Under the pieces are notes generated by a model that was given only the letters and a program-made list of their open reading frames with translations, made no database searches and was not told where the DNA came from. Positions 24,736-38,392 of a stretch of DNA of 64,000 bases are shown here, piece after piece (position 1 is the first letter of the stretch; the number at the start of each line of letters is the position of its first letter). Source of the stretch: Octopus vulgaris (Eukaryota); contig OX597819.1 in the NCBI GenBank assembly GCA_951406725.2, forward strand, positions 125,302,001-125,366,000, in the 5' to 3' direction. Made by a program: the position numbers and the translations under genes.

Positions 24736-25510
24736 GCTGTAGAAAAGGGCACTTTGTTATAATGTCGTTGTTGGAAAAAGATGTGATGTTGAGGGTTGAT
24801 AATAGTTCTGCTTCATCAGTACTAACTTTTTAACTAAAGAGGCAACACTAACAACAACAACTTCTTCTTTTCCTTCTTCTTCTTCTTCTTCTTTTCCTTT
24901 TTTTTTCCTTCTTCTTTTCCTCCTCCTCCTCCTACTACTACTACTACTACTACTACAGTTAAACAGTAATGACTTCATAACAATAACATCAGCAATAAGG
25001 ATAAGTCCTTCCGAAATTGGCGGTTGACAAACAAAATTACAACACTAATGACAGTGGTGCTGGAGGCCATGAGGGTGGAGGGGGATTGGTGTTGATTCCA
25101 AATTTATCTTCTTTCTACAGTCAAGTAAGGATGGGTCAACATGCAGGAAAGAGGAAGAAAAAAACAGAACAAAAAAAAAATGTTTCTTAACTCAGATGGT
25201 CAGCAAGTGACAAGTACTTAGACAGGAAAAGGTCAAAAGTGGGCAGTGTCTACTGCTATTTACATAGCTATTAGCTATACTGTTGCTTTTCTGTGGAAGG
25301 AGTTGAAAATTGTTTGTTTCTCTTCTCTGCACTGAGGATTTTTGTCAGGAAAGGTTGTAGAGGTCCCCCCTTTCACACACACATATATACACACACACAC
25401 AAGCACTTTGAGATTTGAAGCTATCATCACCTACTCCCCCAATATCTTGTGTCCCTGGTGGGGGTAATAAAAGAAATATTGCTATTATTTTTTTTAAGAT
25501 ATTGCCTTAC

Positions 25511-26074
25511 CTCGTGGCAAAACAACTCTTGCTAGAACTATAAATATCCAGAACGGAAGAGAGAGGAGGCAGGGAATTTAGTGGAGAAAGGAAGAGGCAG
25601 AGAATGTTGTGGAGAGAGAAGAGATTTCGAAGCAGAAGAAAGTTTGCGGTTTACGTATACTAAGTGGGAAGGAGTGATACCAACGAACATCCTGATAATT
25701 TTAACTGGTCCATTAAAGGATGACTTGTTAAAGTAAAAAATGACATTCTTCCATATTTTTTACTGTCCTGGGATTCTTTAGCGTCACAACACATCATGTC
25801 ACATCCGGCTATGTCCACCCACGTCACTTGGCACTTAGGTTTTTATCAGTTTTCTTTTCCAATCCTATTCTCAGGATTATACTGGAAATAATCAAAGGAA
25901 GTTGTCCGGAATATGTTGTTTAATCAGAGGAAAAAGTCATACCTGGCTGGTAATTTGAAAAAAAAAATTTAAGGGGTTAAAAAAAGGGGTGTAAAAAAGA
26001 AAAGTGAAATTAAAAAGAGACCTATAAAGAAACAAACTTTATCATTATTATTATTATTATTCTACCACAAGAGG
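25511..26074. promoter_or_regulatory. Non-repetitive island bounded by outward-facing splice donors (possible promoter / first exons)
   Basis: GAG|GTAAGG on - at 25510; AGG|GTAAGC on + at 26075; CRE-like cacgtcac near 25820. Confidence 0.2.
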
Positions 26075-26865
26075 GTAAGCATCTGTTGAATTTTTTCCCT
26101 TTCACTTTTCAGCATTCTTACCATAAATTTGTTTGTTCTTCATCAATTCCTCATTCATTAAGAGTCCCTGTTTTCTTCCAGGGGTATTTACTACTACTAC
26201 TACTGCCTTCTTCTTCTTCTTCTTCTTTCCCTTCTTCTTCTTCTTCTTCTTCTTTACTGGGGAAAAAATGCTGTGCAACATTTGTTATAGCTGTTTACAT
26301 TCTGGGTTCTGGGTTCAAATCCTGTCAAGATCAACTTTACTTTTTCATCTCTCTAGTGTCAATAAAATAAAAGTATCAGTCCAGGGTGGGGGTCCTTTTT
26401 CTGGCCTTGAGCCTTAATTACATACCATTCTTCTCGTTATATTGTTTGTTAATTTCTTTTCTTCATCATTGCTAACACACACATGCACATACATTAAACT
26501 GCCTTTGTAAACAAACACCCAACTTGAAATTGTAAAACTACATAATCAAGCGATGTACCCTTCGTTATAGTTAGCATTTTATTGTCTTCAATGAAATATT
26601 AAAATCATTTGTTATAATCATGCCAATTGAATGACAAGTGAATTGCATGTAAATACTCACATGTAAATACATAGGAACACATATAAACACAGTTGTATTC
26701 TTGTATTCTTTGAGTCATTGGACCATGACTCTGCTGGGTTACCATCTTCATGTGCTTTTAGTCTGTTGTATGAATCTCAGGAACCATTTCAGTCTGGCAT
26801 TTATTTTATAGAATTTTGTTGCTTGAATAGTTAAGTTTTTACCTTTTGGCAAATTCACAAAATAT

Positions 26866-27495
26866 CATCATCATCATCATCATTTAATGTCTGTTTTCCA
26901 TGCTAGCATGGGTTGGACGGTTCAACCGGGGTCTGGTAAGCCATGGAGGCTGCACCAGGCTCCAGTGTGGAGGAACATGGCCTAATGGTTAGAGTGGCGG
27001 ATTTGCGGTCGGGGGATCGCAGTTTCGAATCGAACCAGGCGATGTGTGTGTTTATGAGTGAAACACCAAAGCTCAATGTGGCTCCAGCAGAAGGTAATGG
27101 TGAACTTCTGCTGACTCTTTCGCCACAACTTTCTCTCACTCTTTCCTCCTGCATTTTGCAGCTCACTTGCCAGGAATGGCTCGAGAAGGAACAAATAACA
27201 CCAGGCTCCAGTCAGATCTGGCGGTGTTTCTACAGCTGGATGCCCTACCTAACGCCAACCACTCCGTGGGTGTAGTGGGTGTTTTTTATGTGCCACCAGC
27301 ACAGGGGCCAGAGCAGGCTGGCAAACGGCCACGATCAGTAGGTGCTTTTATGTCTCACCGATGCAGACGCCAGTCAGGCGGCGCTGGCATCTGCCACGTT
27401 CGGACAGTGCTTTTTACGTGTCACCGGCATGGGTATCTTAACTACAATTTCCATTTGAATTTTTATTTTGATGTACTTGACTCAATAGGTCTCCT
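26866..27495 (-). mobile_element. RTE-tail repeat interrupted by SINE C
   Basis: Tail motifs on both sides of the insertion. Confidence 0.85.
26967..27198 (+). mobile_element. tRNA-derived SINE family C, short variant
   Basis: tggcctaatggttagagtggcggatttgcggtc..gtttcgaatc head; TSD caccaggctccagt at 26953-26966 and 27199-27212. Confidence 0.85.
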
Positions 27496-27789
27496 CAAGA
27501 ACCGCATAGATAAGTCGGTAGAGCATCAGACTTTTGAAAACATATGTACATATATATATGTATATCTACATGTATATGTGTGTATATATGTTTACACATG
27601 CAAGCTTCTGCACAGCTTCTGTCTAACAAATTTCACTAACAAGGTATTGGTCAATGCAAACTACAAATTGGACTTAAAATAGAAGACACTTGCCCATATA
27701 CATATGAGTGAGTGGACAAACGAAAGAAAATGGTACTCAACACATTTAGTAGGAGTTAGACGTATTATTTAAAACTGTTTGATTCAGTT

Positions 27790-27846
27790 CCATGCGACTT
27801 AAAGTTTCGCAGGCCTCTGACAGAAACCTGTCTCTTTCAGGCATAG
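27790..27846 (-). ncRNA. Type I hammerhead ribozyme in a probable PLE 3' relic (~27700-27990)
   Basis: CTATGC-CTGAAAGA-GA-CAGGTTTC(TGTCA)GAGGCCTG-C-GAAA-CTTTAAG-TC-GCATGG; all three stems pair; one extra A in the core. Confidence 0.65.
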
Positions 27847-28242
27847 ATTATTGAATGGAGAAATACAGGAAGTCTAAGATGGCTACATGAGAGTAGTCTG
27901 CTGTTGGTCAGGGCAGATCATGTAGTGTTGTCAGATGAGGATCAGTTGCTTGGCAACTGCAGTTCTTTTAAAAAGGGAAATTTCTTTGACTGTGTGATTG
28001 GACAGGAAGCTGGTGGTGCCTAAATGTCTGGATGCAGCAGAATTAAGACTGGTTAGTGTGCATGTGTGCGTGTGTGTGTGCATATATACACATTTATGTG
28101 CATGGAAGTGTGTTGTTGGTTGTATTGGTGTGTGTGTGTGTATGCATGTCTGTGTGAGTGTGTGTGAAAGCATTTGCATTAGCGTCTACTACATAGGCAT
28201 GCATGTGTGAATGCATTTAGGGCATATTGGTATGTGTTCATA

Positions 28243-28474
28243 AGGCGGCGAGCTGGCAGAATCGTTAGCACGCCGGGCGAAATGCTTAGTGGTATTTTGT
28301 CTGCCGCTACGTTCTGAGTTCAAATTCCGCCGAGGTCGATTTTGCCTTTCATCCTTTTGGGGTTGATAAATTAAGTACCAGTTGCGCACTGGGGTCGATG
28401 TAATCAACTTAATCTGTGTGTCTGTCCTTGTTTGTCCCTTCTATGTTTAGCCCCTTGTGGGTAATAAAGAAATA
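28243..28474 (+). mobile_element. SINE family B, full length
   Basis: TSD ggtatgtgttca at 28229-28240 and 28475-28486. Confidence 0.9.
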
Positions 28475-28863
28475 GGTATGTGTTCACAAGTGTGCCTGTT
28501 TGCATGTGGGTTTGTCTGGAAGAGCATATAAAAGTGTGTGTGTATGCATGAACGTGTGTGTGTATGCATGAACGTGTGAGTGAGTGTGAATGTGTGTTTT
28601 TGTTATTTATGTGTGCAGGTGTGCTAGTATGGCAGATGTGGTATTTATGTGTGTGGGTGTGATGTATGCTAGTGTAGTATATGCTTGTGAGTGTATGGGT
28701 GTGTATGTGAGTGTGTGCGCATATGCGTGTCTGTATATATGTTTTTGTTAACATGCTAATCTGATATTTAGGTAAGCAGGTGTGATATATTGATATATCC
28801 TAGTGTAGCTGCATGTACATATGTATGTTGGTGTGGGGGGGGTGGATGCACGCATACATATAT

Positions 28864-29245
28864 TCTCTTTTACTCTTTTACTTGTTTCAATCATTTGACT
28901 GTGGCCATGCTGGAGCACCACCTTTAGTCAAGCAAATTGACCCCAGGACTTTATAAGCCTAGTACTTATTCTATCGGTCTCTTTTGCTGAACCGACGTAA
29001 ACACACAACCATCAGTTGTCAAGCGATGTTGGGGGGGACAAACACAGACACACAGACATACACACACACACATACATATATACGACGGGCTTCTTTCAGT
29101 TTCCGTCTACCAAATCCACTCACAAGGCTTTGGTTGGCCCCGAGGCTATAGTATAAGACATTTGCCCAAGTTGTCACGTAATGGGACTGAACCCGGAACC
29201 ATGTGGTTCGTAAGCAAGCTACTTACCACACAGCCACTCCTATGC
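28864..29245 (-). mobile_element. SINE family A
   Basis: Family motifs, reverse orientation. Confidence 0.9.
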
Positions 29246-30545
29246 CATATATATGCATACATACATAAGCATATTTCTACTCAGCTTTCAGTTAAGTGAC
29301 CCGTTAGTGTTTCCATAACAGTGCATAAAAGCCATAGTTCAACGAACTAAACCACCTATCAGTATTTCAATGAAATTCAGACATAGTGAAAGTACTGCTT
29401 CTACTAATTGCCTTTGCCTCCGGCCGTGTGCATGTCAAGGATGTGGTGACAGAGAGAGAGATGGGGATTCACTGCTAACTTATAAGTGTGTGTGTGTGTT
29501 ATTTTGGTCAAGTTACACCAGGTTCACTAACAAGTCCCACACTACACTCCTACATGTTTCAAGCAATTATGTAATCCTGAAAGTAATTTGCCAAAATATA
29601 TGTATCTCTTATTATAATGCTTTATAAAGCATGAAATATGTATTTTTTATGTATTTTACTGATTCTATTTATGTATGTATATATACACTAGCTGAATTCA
29701 ATTCGTCTCTAGTCAAAAGATGCCTGTTGTTATGTCCTGTTATTATTCTTCTTCTTGTTTTTTGTATTTATATTCGTATTATTTTTTGGTTTTTTTTTGT
29801 ATTTATATTCATGTAACATCGTCCGTTTTTCTGTCCTTGTTTCGTATAAATTCGATCCTTTTTCCAAGAAATCTAATGCTCTTAGCTTAGTTTTTCCTTG
29901 GGGCTGGCCAGATTGGAGCAATCTCAAGATTAATCAGCTGAAATTGCGAGGATGATCCGGTTCTTGACTGAAGATTGAAGGCTTTGAATGTCCCGTCCGT
30001 GTTTTTTGTGTCGTCTATTTGAATGTTTTGCGTTTTTATATATATACTATATACATACATACGTGTGTGTATGTATGTACGTACATACATACACACACAG
30101 CGGTTCAGCAAAAGAGACCAATAGAATAAGTACTAGGCTTACAAAGAATAAGTCCTGGGGTCGATTTGCTCGACTAAAGGCAGTGCTCCAGCATGGCCAC
30201 AGTCAAATGACTGTAACAAATAAAAAAAAAGAGTTAATATAGTCCAAAAGAACAAGATGATTATAACTAGAATGATTATGAACATAGCTTTTCCTTTAAT
30301 TCAGGTTCAGCCTAGGGTTAAACAGCAAAAATAACTTCCACTTTGTCAGCATTATTGTGTCTTCCATTTTTTACTTCTTTATTTATAAACTTCAGGTTTT
30401 CATGTTACATGAAGAAATAATGAAAAAAAAATTAAACAAAGTCAAACCAGTCAAATACATCAACCCCAGTGTTTCGCTGGTACTTTATCGGCCTTGAAAG
30501 GTTGACAGGAATTTGAACTCAGAACTAAGCAATGGGCAAAATGCC

Positions 30546-30775
30546 TATTTCTTTACTACCCACAAGGGGCTAAACATAGAGGGGACAAACAAGTACAGAC
30601 AAATGGATTAAATCGATTACATCAACCCCAGTGCGTAACTGGTACTTAATTTATCGACCCCAAAAGGATGAAAGGTAAAGTCGACCTCTGCAGAATTTGA
30701 ACTCAGAACGCAGTGACAGACGAAATACCGCTAAGCCTTTTGCCCGGCGTGCTAATGGTTCTGCCAGCTCACTAA
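30546..30775 (-). mobile_element. SINE family B inserted in an older SINE B-like relic
   Basis: Family motifs; degenerate core at 30450-30545. Confidence 0.85.
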
Positions 30776-30894
30776 TAATAATATACTTTCTACTACCAGC
30801 ACAAGGCCTGAAATTCCGGGAAATTCTGTACTTAGTGCTACTAATTTTATTGATCTTGAAAAGATGAAAGATATATAATGATATAGTCAATATA

Positions 30895-31126
30895 AGGTGG
30901 CAAGCTGGCAGAAACGTTAGCATGCCGGGCGAAATGCTTAGCGGTATTTCCTCTGCCGTTACGTTCTGAGTTCAAATTCCGCCGAGGTCGACTTTGCCTT
31001 TCATCCTTTCGGGGTCAATAAATTAAGTACCAGTTAAGCACTTGGGTCGATGTAATCGACTTAATCCGTTTGTCTGTCCTTGTTTGTCTCCTCTATGTTT
31101 AGCCCCTTGTGGGTAATAAAGAAATA
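30895..31126 (+). mobile_element. SINE family B
   Basis: Full length; tatagtcaa duplicated on both sides. Confidence 0.9.
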
Positions 31127-31224
31127 GGTATAGTCAACCTCGGCAGAATTTGAACCCAGAGAGTAAAGACGGACAGAATGCCGCTAAGCATTCTGCCCGG
31201 CATGATTTTTGCCAGCTCACTGCC

Positions 31225-31261
<37 letters not shown>

Positions 31262-31889
31262 CAACAACAATGATAATGCAGATTAAAAGTAAATAATAAT
31301 AATAATGATGATGATGATAAGTTATGACAGTCTTGATGATGATGATGATGATAAGTTATGACAGTCTTGATGATGATGATATGATTATATGAATAATCAA
31401 TATGATGATATCAATAATCAATGATGATGAAAGGGTCTTTGAATTCCATCTTATTATTTGTGTTATCGTTTATTATAGTTGCCATTGCTCTGTTCATCGT
31501 TATCACTGCACGTGTTGTTGTTGTTATTGTTGCCAGCAAACAAGCAATCAAAAAAAAGCAAAAGAAAAAGGGGAAGTCTGTGTTATTTTCCCTTAATTAT
31601 ATACTCTCAATGTTTTTAGTTCCCATTATAAACAGTCAACATTGCATTCAGCGAGAAATCAATTTTCAATAAGTACAAAATATCTGCACAGATTATCGAT
31701 GAAAATCTGTCTATGCCTCTGTGCCCCCATTCCTCTCTGTCTGTCTCTCTCTCTCTATCTGTCTATCTATCTATCTATCTCTCTATATCTCTCCTCCTCC
31801 CTCTCTCTCTATCTCTCCCTCCCTTTCTCTCTCTCTCTCGTACTTGTGTTGTTTAACCCCAGGTTAACTCTGACTGAGCAGCAAGAACA

Positions 31890-32264
31890 GTGGAGGCGCA
31901 ATGGCCCAGTGGTTAGGGCAGCGGACTCGCAGTCGGATGATCACGGTTTTGATTCCCAGACCGGGCGTTGTGTGTGTTTATTGAGCGAAAACGCCTAAAG
32001 CTCCACGAGGCTCCAGCAGGGGGTGGTGGCGACCCCTGTTGTACTCTTTCGCTCCAACTTTCTCTCACTCTCTCTTCCTGTTTCTTGTCCCCCGACTTCC
32101 TACGCAACCGCTGAGCCTGGATGCGCATTCATCCATCCGTCGATGCTCTCGGTGTCGGGGGTTGACCTGCTTTCTCTTCTGCGGGTCTTACGAATAGCAA
32201 AGGACCACGTTTCGGACTTCTCCCACTACAGAGAAGACCACTTCGCTTAACAAACAAACAAACA
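31890..32264 (+). mobile_element. tRNA-derived SINE family C, long variant with (AAAC)n tail
   Basis: tggcccagtggttagggcagcggactcgcagtc head; TSD agcagcaagaaca at 31877-31889 and 32265-32277. Confidence 0.9.
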
Positions 32265-32563
32265 AGCAGCAAGAACACATGCTCAAACACATTACATCTT
32301 TTCAGGGATATTTTATAAACTAAGATGCTCACTTCCTTCCTTAGAGCTTTGTGTGTGATGTAAGGGAGATTTGGCTGCTATTTTTAGCTAGTCAAGCAAT
32401 TATACAGAAGCTTTTCAGAACTGACTTCTGTATGATCCAAGATGTTCCAACTATTACCATTCCATTTACTTGTACATCAGCTGCTGCATTACACCATGTG
32501 CCCCTCTATTTTCAAGGCATTTGGGTGTGATTTAAGGGATATTTGGTAATTATTTCTAGCAGT

Positions 32564-32960
32564 AGGTGTAGGAGTGGCTGTGTGGTAAGTAGCTTGCTTA
32601 CCAACCACATGGTTCCGGGTTCAGTCCCACTGCGTGGCACCTTGGGCAAGTGCCTTCTACTATAGCCTCGAGCCGACCAAAGCCTTGTGAGTGGATTTGG
32701 TAGACGGAAACTGAGCGAAGTCCATCGTGTATATGTGTATGTATGTGTGTGTATACATTTGTGTGTCTGTGTTTATCACCCCAACATCACTTGACAACCG
32801 ATGCTAGTGTGTTTACGTCCCTGTAACTTAGCAGTTCAGCAAAAGAGACTGATAGAATAAGTACTAGGCTTACAAAGAATAAGTCCTGGGGTTGATTTGC
32901 TTGACTAACGGCGGTGCTCCAGCATGGCCACGGTCAAATGATGACAAGTAAAAGAGAGAA
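32564..32960 (+). mobile_element. SINE family A
   Basis: Full-length match to 8215-8612. Confidence 0.9.
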
Positions 32961-33676
32961 AGAGAGAGAGATCTAGCAACCACATAGAGGCTCCTCTCAT
33001 TGGTTTGTAGATAGTCAAGTTGTTGTTATTTTTGATTTGATGTTTAGCTTCGTATTAACTATCTACGTGTATGATCAAAGACATTCCATCCATGACGTTC
33101 CATCTATTTGTATATTAGAATCTACACTAACCAACATATCCTTCTACTTCTGCTTTCAAAACAGCAGAGCATGAATTAAGTAAGATTTGGCTGCCATTTT
33201 TGGCAACTTAAACGGGCACATGGTTGCTTCCCCCTCACCATTGGCCCATTAGATAGACAAATTAAAAGAATCAAGTTAAAAGAATACAGGTGACAGGATG
33301 GCAGTTTCTACCCTACAACTGACACACGGATAAATATTCATATCTAAACAACTGAACTCTCAGTGTGAAGAGCATGGTGAAAGTAGACAGTTTACAGTGA
33401 TAGTTCTTTGTTGCAATCAGCAGCAGATAGAGAATTGGCAAGTATTTCATGAACTGATTGAAATTACTCAAAGGATTTTCACCACCCTACCCTTAACTTT
33501 CGCACAAAAAATAATGGTATTTTTCTTTCTTTTTTTTTAATATTTTAGTCAGGAGGAAAGTGGTGAGCTGGCAGAAGCACTGGCAGCGATATTTCATCAG
33601 TCCTTACATTCTGAGTTCAAATTCCACTGAGGTTGACTTTGTCTATCATCCTTTTGGGGTCAATAAAATAAGTACC

Positions 33677-33908
33677 TATTTCTTTACTACCCACAAGGGG
33701 CTAAACACAGAGAGGACAAACAAGGACAGACAAATGGATTAAGTCGATTATATCGACCCAAGTGCGTAACTGGTACTTATTTAATTGACCCCGAAAGGAT
33801 GAAAGGCAAAGTCGACCTCGGCGGAATTTGAACTCAGAACGTAACGGCAGACGAAATACCGATAAGCATTTCGCCCGGCGTGCCAACGTTTCTGCCAGCT
33901 CACCACCT
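33677..33908 (-). mobile_element. SINE family B nested in an older oppositely oriented copy, within a cluster of relics (33550-34200)
   Basis: Family motifs; inserted at taagtacc of the host copy. Confidence 0.85.
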
Positions 33909-34869
33909 TACTGGGATCCATATAATCAACTTATCCCATCCCCTGAAGTTACTGGCCTTGTGCCAAAATTTGAAACCAATATTTTAGAAGGCAGTAAACT
34001 GGAAGGACTGTTAGCATGTCAGCAAAATGCTTAGTGGTATTTCATCCGTCTTTACGTTCTCAGTTCAAATTCTTCTGAGATTGACTTTGCCTTTCATCCT
34101 TTCGGGGTTGATGAGTATCAGTTGAGTATCGGAGTTGATGTAATCAACTTATCCCCTCTCCTAAAATTGCTGGCCTTGTGGCAAAATTTGAAACCTATAT
34201 TTTAGTCAGGAGAGAAGGACAGTGTCCATGACCCTTATTGAGCCTCCAAGTCCAGTGGGAGAGAGAAAGATATCCTTAAGACAGAGAGCTAGCCTGGATG
34301 CTTGCAACTAAATGGATTCTGTTAAAAGGCATTGGCGGTTCCAGGTGGTGAACTTAAATCAAGCAGTAGATTAAATCTGCCACCTAAATACACTGTGATG
34401 GAATTTGAACTCTCAATTGGTACCTTTATTCAACACTAAAAGGATGAAAGGCAAAGTTAGCAGGTTGTCTTTACAAGTTGGACATGATACTTCCTGAACA
34501 CAGAATACAAAGACCCAGAGCAGATTCTGCAAAACTTCTCAGCCAATTCTGCCAATACCAACTTGGACTGGTTCTTTGTTTATCAACCCCAAAAAGATGA
34601 AAGGAAAAGTTGACCATAGCAGGATTTGACCTCAGAGAGAACCAAAGCAAATCTGACTTTGTTAATTCTTTAATTTTTAAACATTGATAATGCCAGATTA
34701 TTGATGAGAGATTAACCACAATAATCTGAACAATTAGACAAGTACACAGAAGGCTATGCTTCGCTGAGGAAGTCTAATCATATTGAGTCATACCTGGAGT
34801 TGTTTCCTATACTTGCTAAGATCAGAATAAATGAATGTCAAACACTGAGCTCACATTGGCCATGGCTAC

Positions 34870-35690
34870 AATTTCACTTGGCTTGACTAGTCTTCTCAAG
34901 CATGACATATCGCCAAAGGTCTCAGTCACTATTCATTGCCTCCATGAGGCCCAAAGCTGGAAGTTCATGCTTCATCACCTCATCCCATGTCTTCCTGGAT
35001 CTACCTCTACTACAGATTCCCTTCACAGTTAGAGTTCAGCACTTCTTTATACACCTGTCCTCGTCCATATGCATCACATGACCATACCAGCACAGTTGTC
35101 TCTCTTGCACACCACATCTGATGCCTCTTATGCCCAACTTTTCTCTCAAGACACTTACACTCTGTTGTACATGCACACTGACATTGCATATCCAGCAAAG
35201 CATGCTGGCTTCATTCCTTTCAAGCCTATGCATGTCCTCAGCAGTCACAGCCCATGCTTCACTGCCATATAGCATGGCTGTTTGCACACAGGCATCATAA
35301 AATCTGCCTTTCACTCTGAGAGAGGGGCCCTTTGTTGCCAGCAGAGGTAGGAGCTCTTTGAACGTTTCCCAGACTATTCTTATTTTCACAGCTATGTACT
35401 CAGAGCATCCATCTCTGCTACAAATTTGGTCACTTAGCTAATGGAAGCTATCTACTACCTCTAGCTTACCTATCTGGCAGTTGATAGAGTCTATTTTCTG
35501 TACATTTTTGGTGTTTATTGTACTTGTGCATTTTCCACACACAAAGGCTATTTTCCCTGTTAACCTTCCTATGATATTGCTGCATTTCTTATGTGTCCAT
35601 AGCTTGCACCAGGGGCATCTTATGGAATTTCTACCTATGCCTTTTCTACAGATTGAGCAGAGCCATCAACCTGAAGGGATTTGTGATTTG
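34870..35690 (-). mobile_element. RTE LINE fragment, degenerate
   Basis: SLRVKGRFYDACVQTAMLYGSEAWAV...RQLCWYGHVMHM. Confidence 0.9.
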
Positions 35691-36440
35691 TCTGCCTTCC
35701 TGCTTACTAAGACGTTTTTGCCTTTCATCCTTTCAGGGTCGATTAAATAAGTACCAGTTACGCACTGGGGTCGATGTAATCAACTTAATACATTTGTCTG
35801 TCCTTGTTTGTCCCCTCTGTGTTTTAGCCTCTTGTGGGTAGTAAAGAAATAGGTTTTTGCTAAGTTAAATCTAAGGCCCTTTGATTCTAGACCATACTGC
35901 CATACCTGAAACTTCTTTCTTTTTCTTTTGCTGGAAGTGAGAGGGTGTAATTTGAGAGAGATTTGGTTACTATTTCTTGCAGATTGAGCAACAACATGAA
36001 TGTACTTTTGTCAGTTTATTCAGCCTTTAGAGATCAACTGGAAATGAAAGATTGGCATAAACAATCTGTGGTTCAGAAAATATTTGACTTACATACTAAC
36101 TTGCTTGTTTAAGGTGTTATTACATCTTAATCAAATTCAAAAGAACAGGGACTGTGGCAGTAGTTTGTGTGTGTGTGTGTGAGAGAGAGAAAGAGGACAC
36201 AGACAATTCAACATTGACAGCCTTTCATAGGTAATAGCAAAGAGAGGGAGAGGGTGGAGGAGATAGTAAGAGTGCTCAGTCTCAGACATGTAAACATGAA
36301 TTTATGTCACGTATTAATCTAATTTTGAGACTCTTTCAATTGATAATGCAAGCAGAAAGATTGCTCTCTGAGGGCTTTTCTGCTGGTTGCTACTTGATAT
36401 TTATGCATTTGATTTCCAGTTTGTGTAATTTTTCTGGTAT

Positions 36441-36838
36441 ACTCTTTTACTTGTTTCAGTCATTTGACTGTGGCCATGCTGGAGCACCGCTTTTAGTGAA
36501 GCAAATTGACCCCAGGACTTATTCATTATAAGCATAGTACTTATTCTATCAGTCTCTTTTGCCGAACTGCTAAGTTACAGGGATGTAAACATACCACCAT
36601 CGGTTGTCAAGTGATGTTGAAGGGACAAACACAGACACACAAACAAATACACACACATAATACATATATATATACGACAGGCTTCTTTCAGTTTCCGTCT
36701 ACCAAATCCACTCACAAGGCTTTGATCCGCCCAACACTATAGTAGAAGACACTTGCCCAAGGTGCCACGCAGTGGAACTGAACCCGGAACCATGTGGTTG
36801 GTAAGCAAGCTACTTACCACACAGCCACTCCTACGCCT
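36441..36838 (-). mobile_element. SINE family A
   Basis: Family motifs. Confidence 0.9.
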
Positions 36839-37145
36839 GTTACTATATTTATGTTACTATATTTTAAAAATTTTATTTTATTAAAAGCTATTTGTTTAAT
36901 GAATTCCAGAGAAGCAGTTTTCTGCTAGTCAGCAAATAATATTTACATTGTTGATTCCCAGTTTGTACAATTTTCCTGATATGTTTTGTCTAACTTTCCT
37001 TTGTCGCCTATATTTGTCTCATAGCATTCAGTTGCTTAATAAATAAATTTAGAATAATAGCAAGCACTGAAAGAGAGTGTTAGAATTTATGAAGAAATCA
37101 GGTATTATGGTGACTTAACTTAGCTATGTAAAAGTAGTTTATTTC

Positions 37146-37425
37146 TAACCGGCTTCCATGCCAGTGGCACTTAAAGGGCACCATTCGAGCATGATCGTTA
37201 CCAGCATTGCATTACTGGCACTCAAGCACCGAGCTAGTAGGGTATTAAGAGCACCATCCGAGCGTGATCATTGCCAGAGCGGCTATCTGGCCTCCATGCC
37301 GGTGGCATGTAAAAGACACCATTCGAGCATGGTAGTGAGACATGGGCTCTGAATGTAGAAGGCATGCATTGACTTGAGAAGAATGAAGCTAGTATGCTCC
37401 AGTAGATATGCAACATTAGTGTGCA
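37146..37425 (+). mobile_element. RTE UTR units joined to an RTE coding scrap
   Basis: Tandem units, then HGSETWALN...EKNEASML. Confidence 0.7.
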
Positions 37426-38392
37426 TTAGGGCAGGTTGATTTCCCACACTTTTGTAGTTAATGACTTTGGTGTAATTGAGATAGTGAGAGCTTAATAACT
37501 GACAAAAAAATCCATCTCCCCAGTTTTAACCATTTTTTGAGGAAACTGTTCCAAAAAACTTCAAAATACAGTATCCAAAAAATACTGCATTTTCACCATT
37601 TTCAGTCAGAAAAAATCCACAAAAACGTTGCATCTTTATTGAAAATGAGTAAAAACATGTACAAACTCTAAGATACCAAAATCTTCATAATTTTCACTGT
37701 AAGAGCCCTTAGAAGCAAAGGGAAGCCTCATATTACAGCTTAGGGCTTTGGCCAGAATGTGCTTGTGCCTTGATTTGAGTCCATAAACAGCGTGGGAAGC
37801 TTCGTTCTGTCTTTTTCTCTGTCCAATTTCGATTTATCAATTATTGTCTGTTTCACATGAAGGCCAGGCTTAAGCCGGTCTATAGCTCGTAAGTCAAGGA
37901 GTCAAGACTTGCCTCAAGACGGGAAGAAACATCACCCATGGCATATCTGGGGGGTTTCAAAAAGCTGTAAGCTCCACTTGGGTGCCTCCCTTGGCTTGAA
38001 CTCATCATTATTAAACGACTGAAATAAAAACCAAAAAAAAAATTACTGAAGAGAAAATGGGGAAGAGAGTGGGAATAGGAGACAAAAAGCAGAGATAAAT
38101 TAGATTAAAAATGGATTCAGATGTAGGGGAAAAAAATTACCTCTTCTGATTCTTCTGAACTGGATCCCAAGGAAATATCTTGTGAGATGTGGGGGCAAGT
38201 GTAGCCAAATCAGACACACTTTACATGAAATATTTCACTTTCTTTCAATTAACTTGTTTATTACAGTTTTATTCTGTATTTATTTTAACCAAAGGAATAT
38301 AATTTTCTAGCAATTTTTTCTTCCTTTTCTTTTTCCTTCTTATGTTCCTTCAAATTTCAGCTATTTATAACACTTTTTTCTTTTCTTTTCAG

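Noticed and set aside
25511-25577. Signal-peptide-like minus frame IPCLLSLPFWIFIVLARVVLPR
   Set aside because: An in-frame stop lies upstream with no Met; hydrophobicity is expected from pyrimidine-rich sequence.
29965-29998. Hammerhead-like ctgaaga...gaatgtc (and 3600-3630)
   Set aside because: Lacks GAAA and convincing stems.
31890-31965. tRNA gene
   Set aside because: It is a SINE head continuing into a body, tail and TSD; the acceptor stem is not intact.
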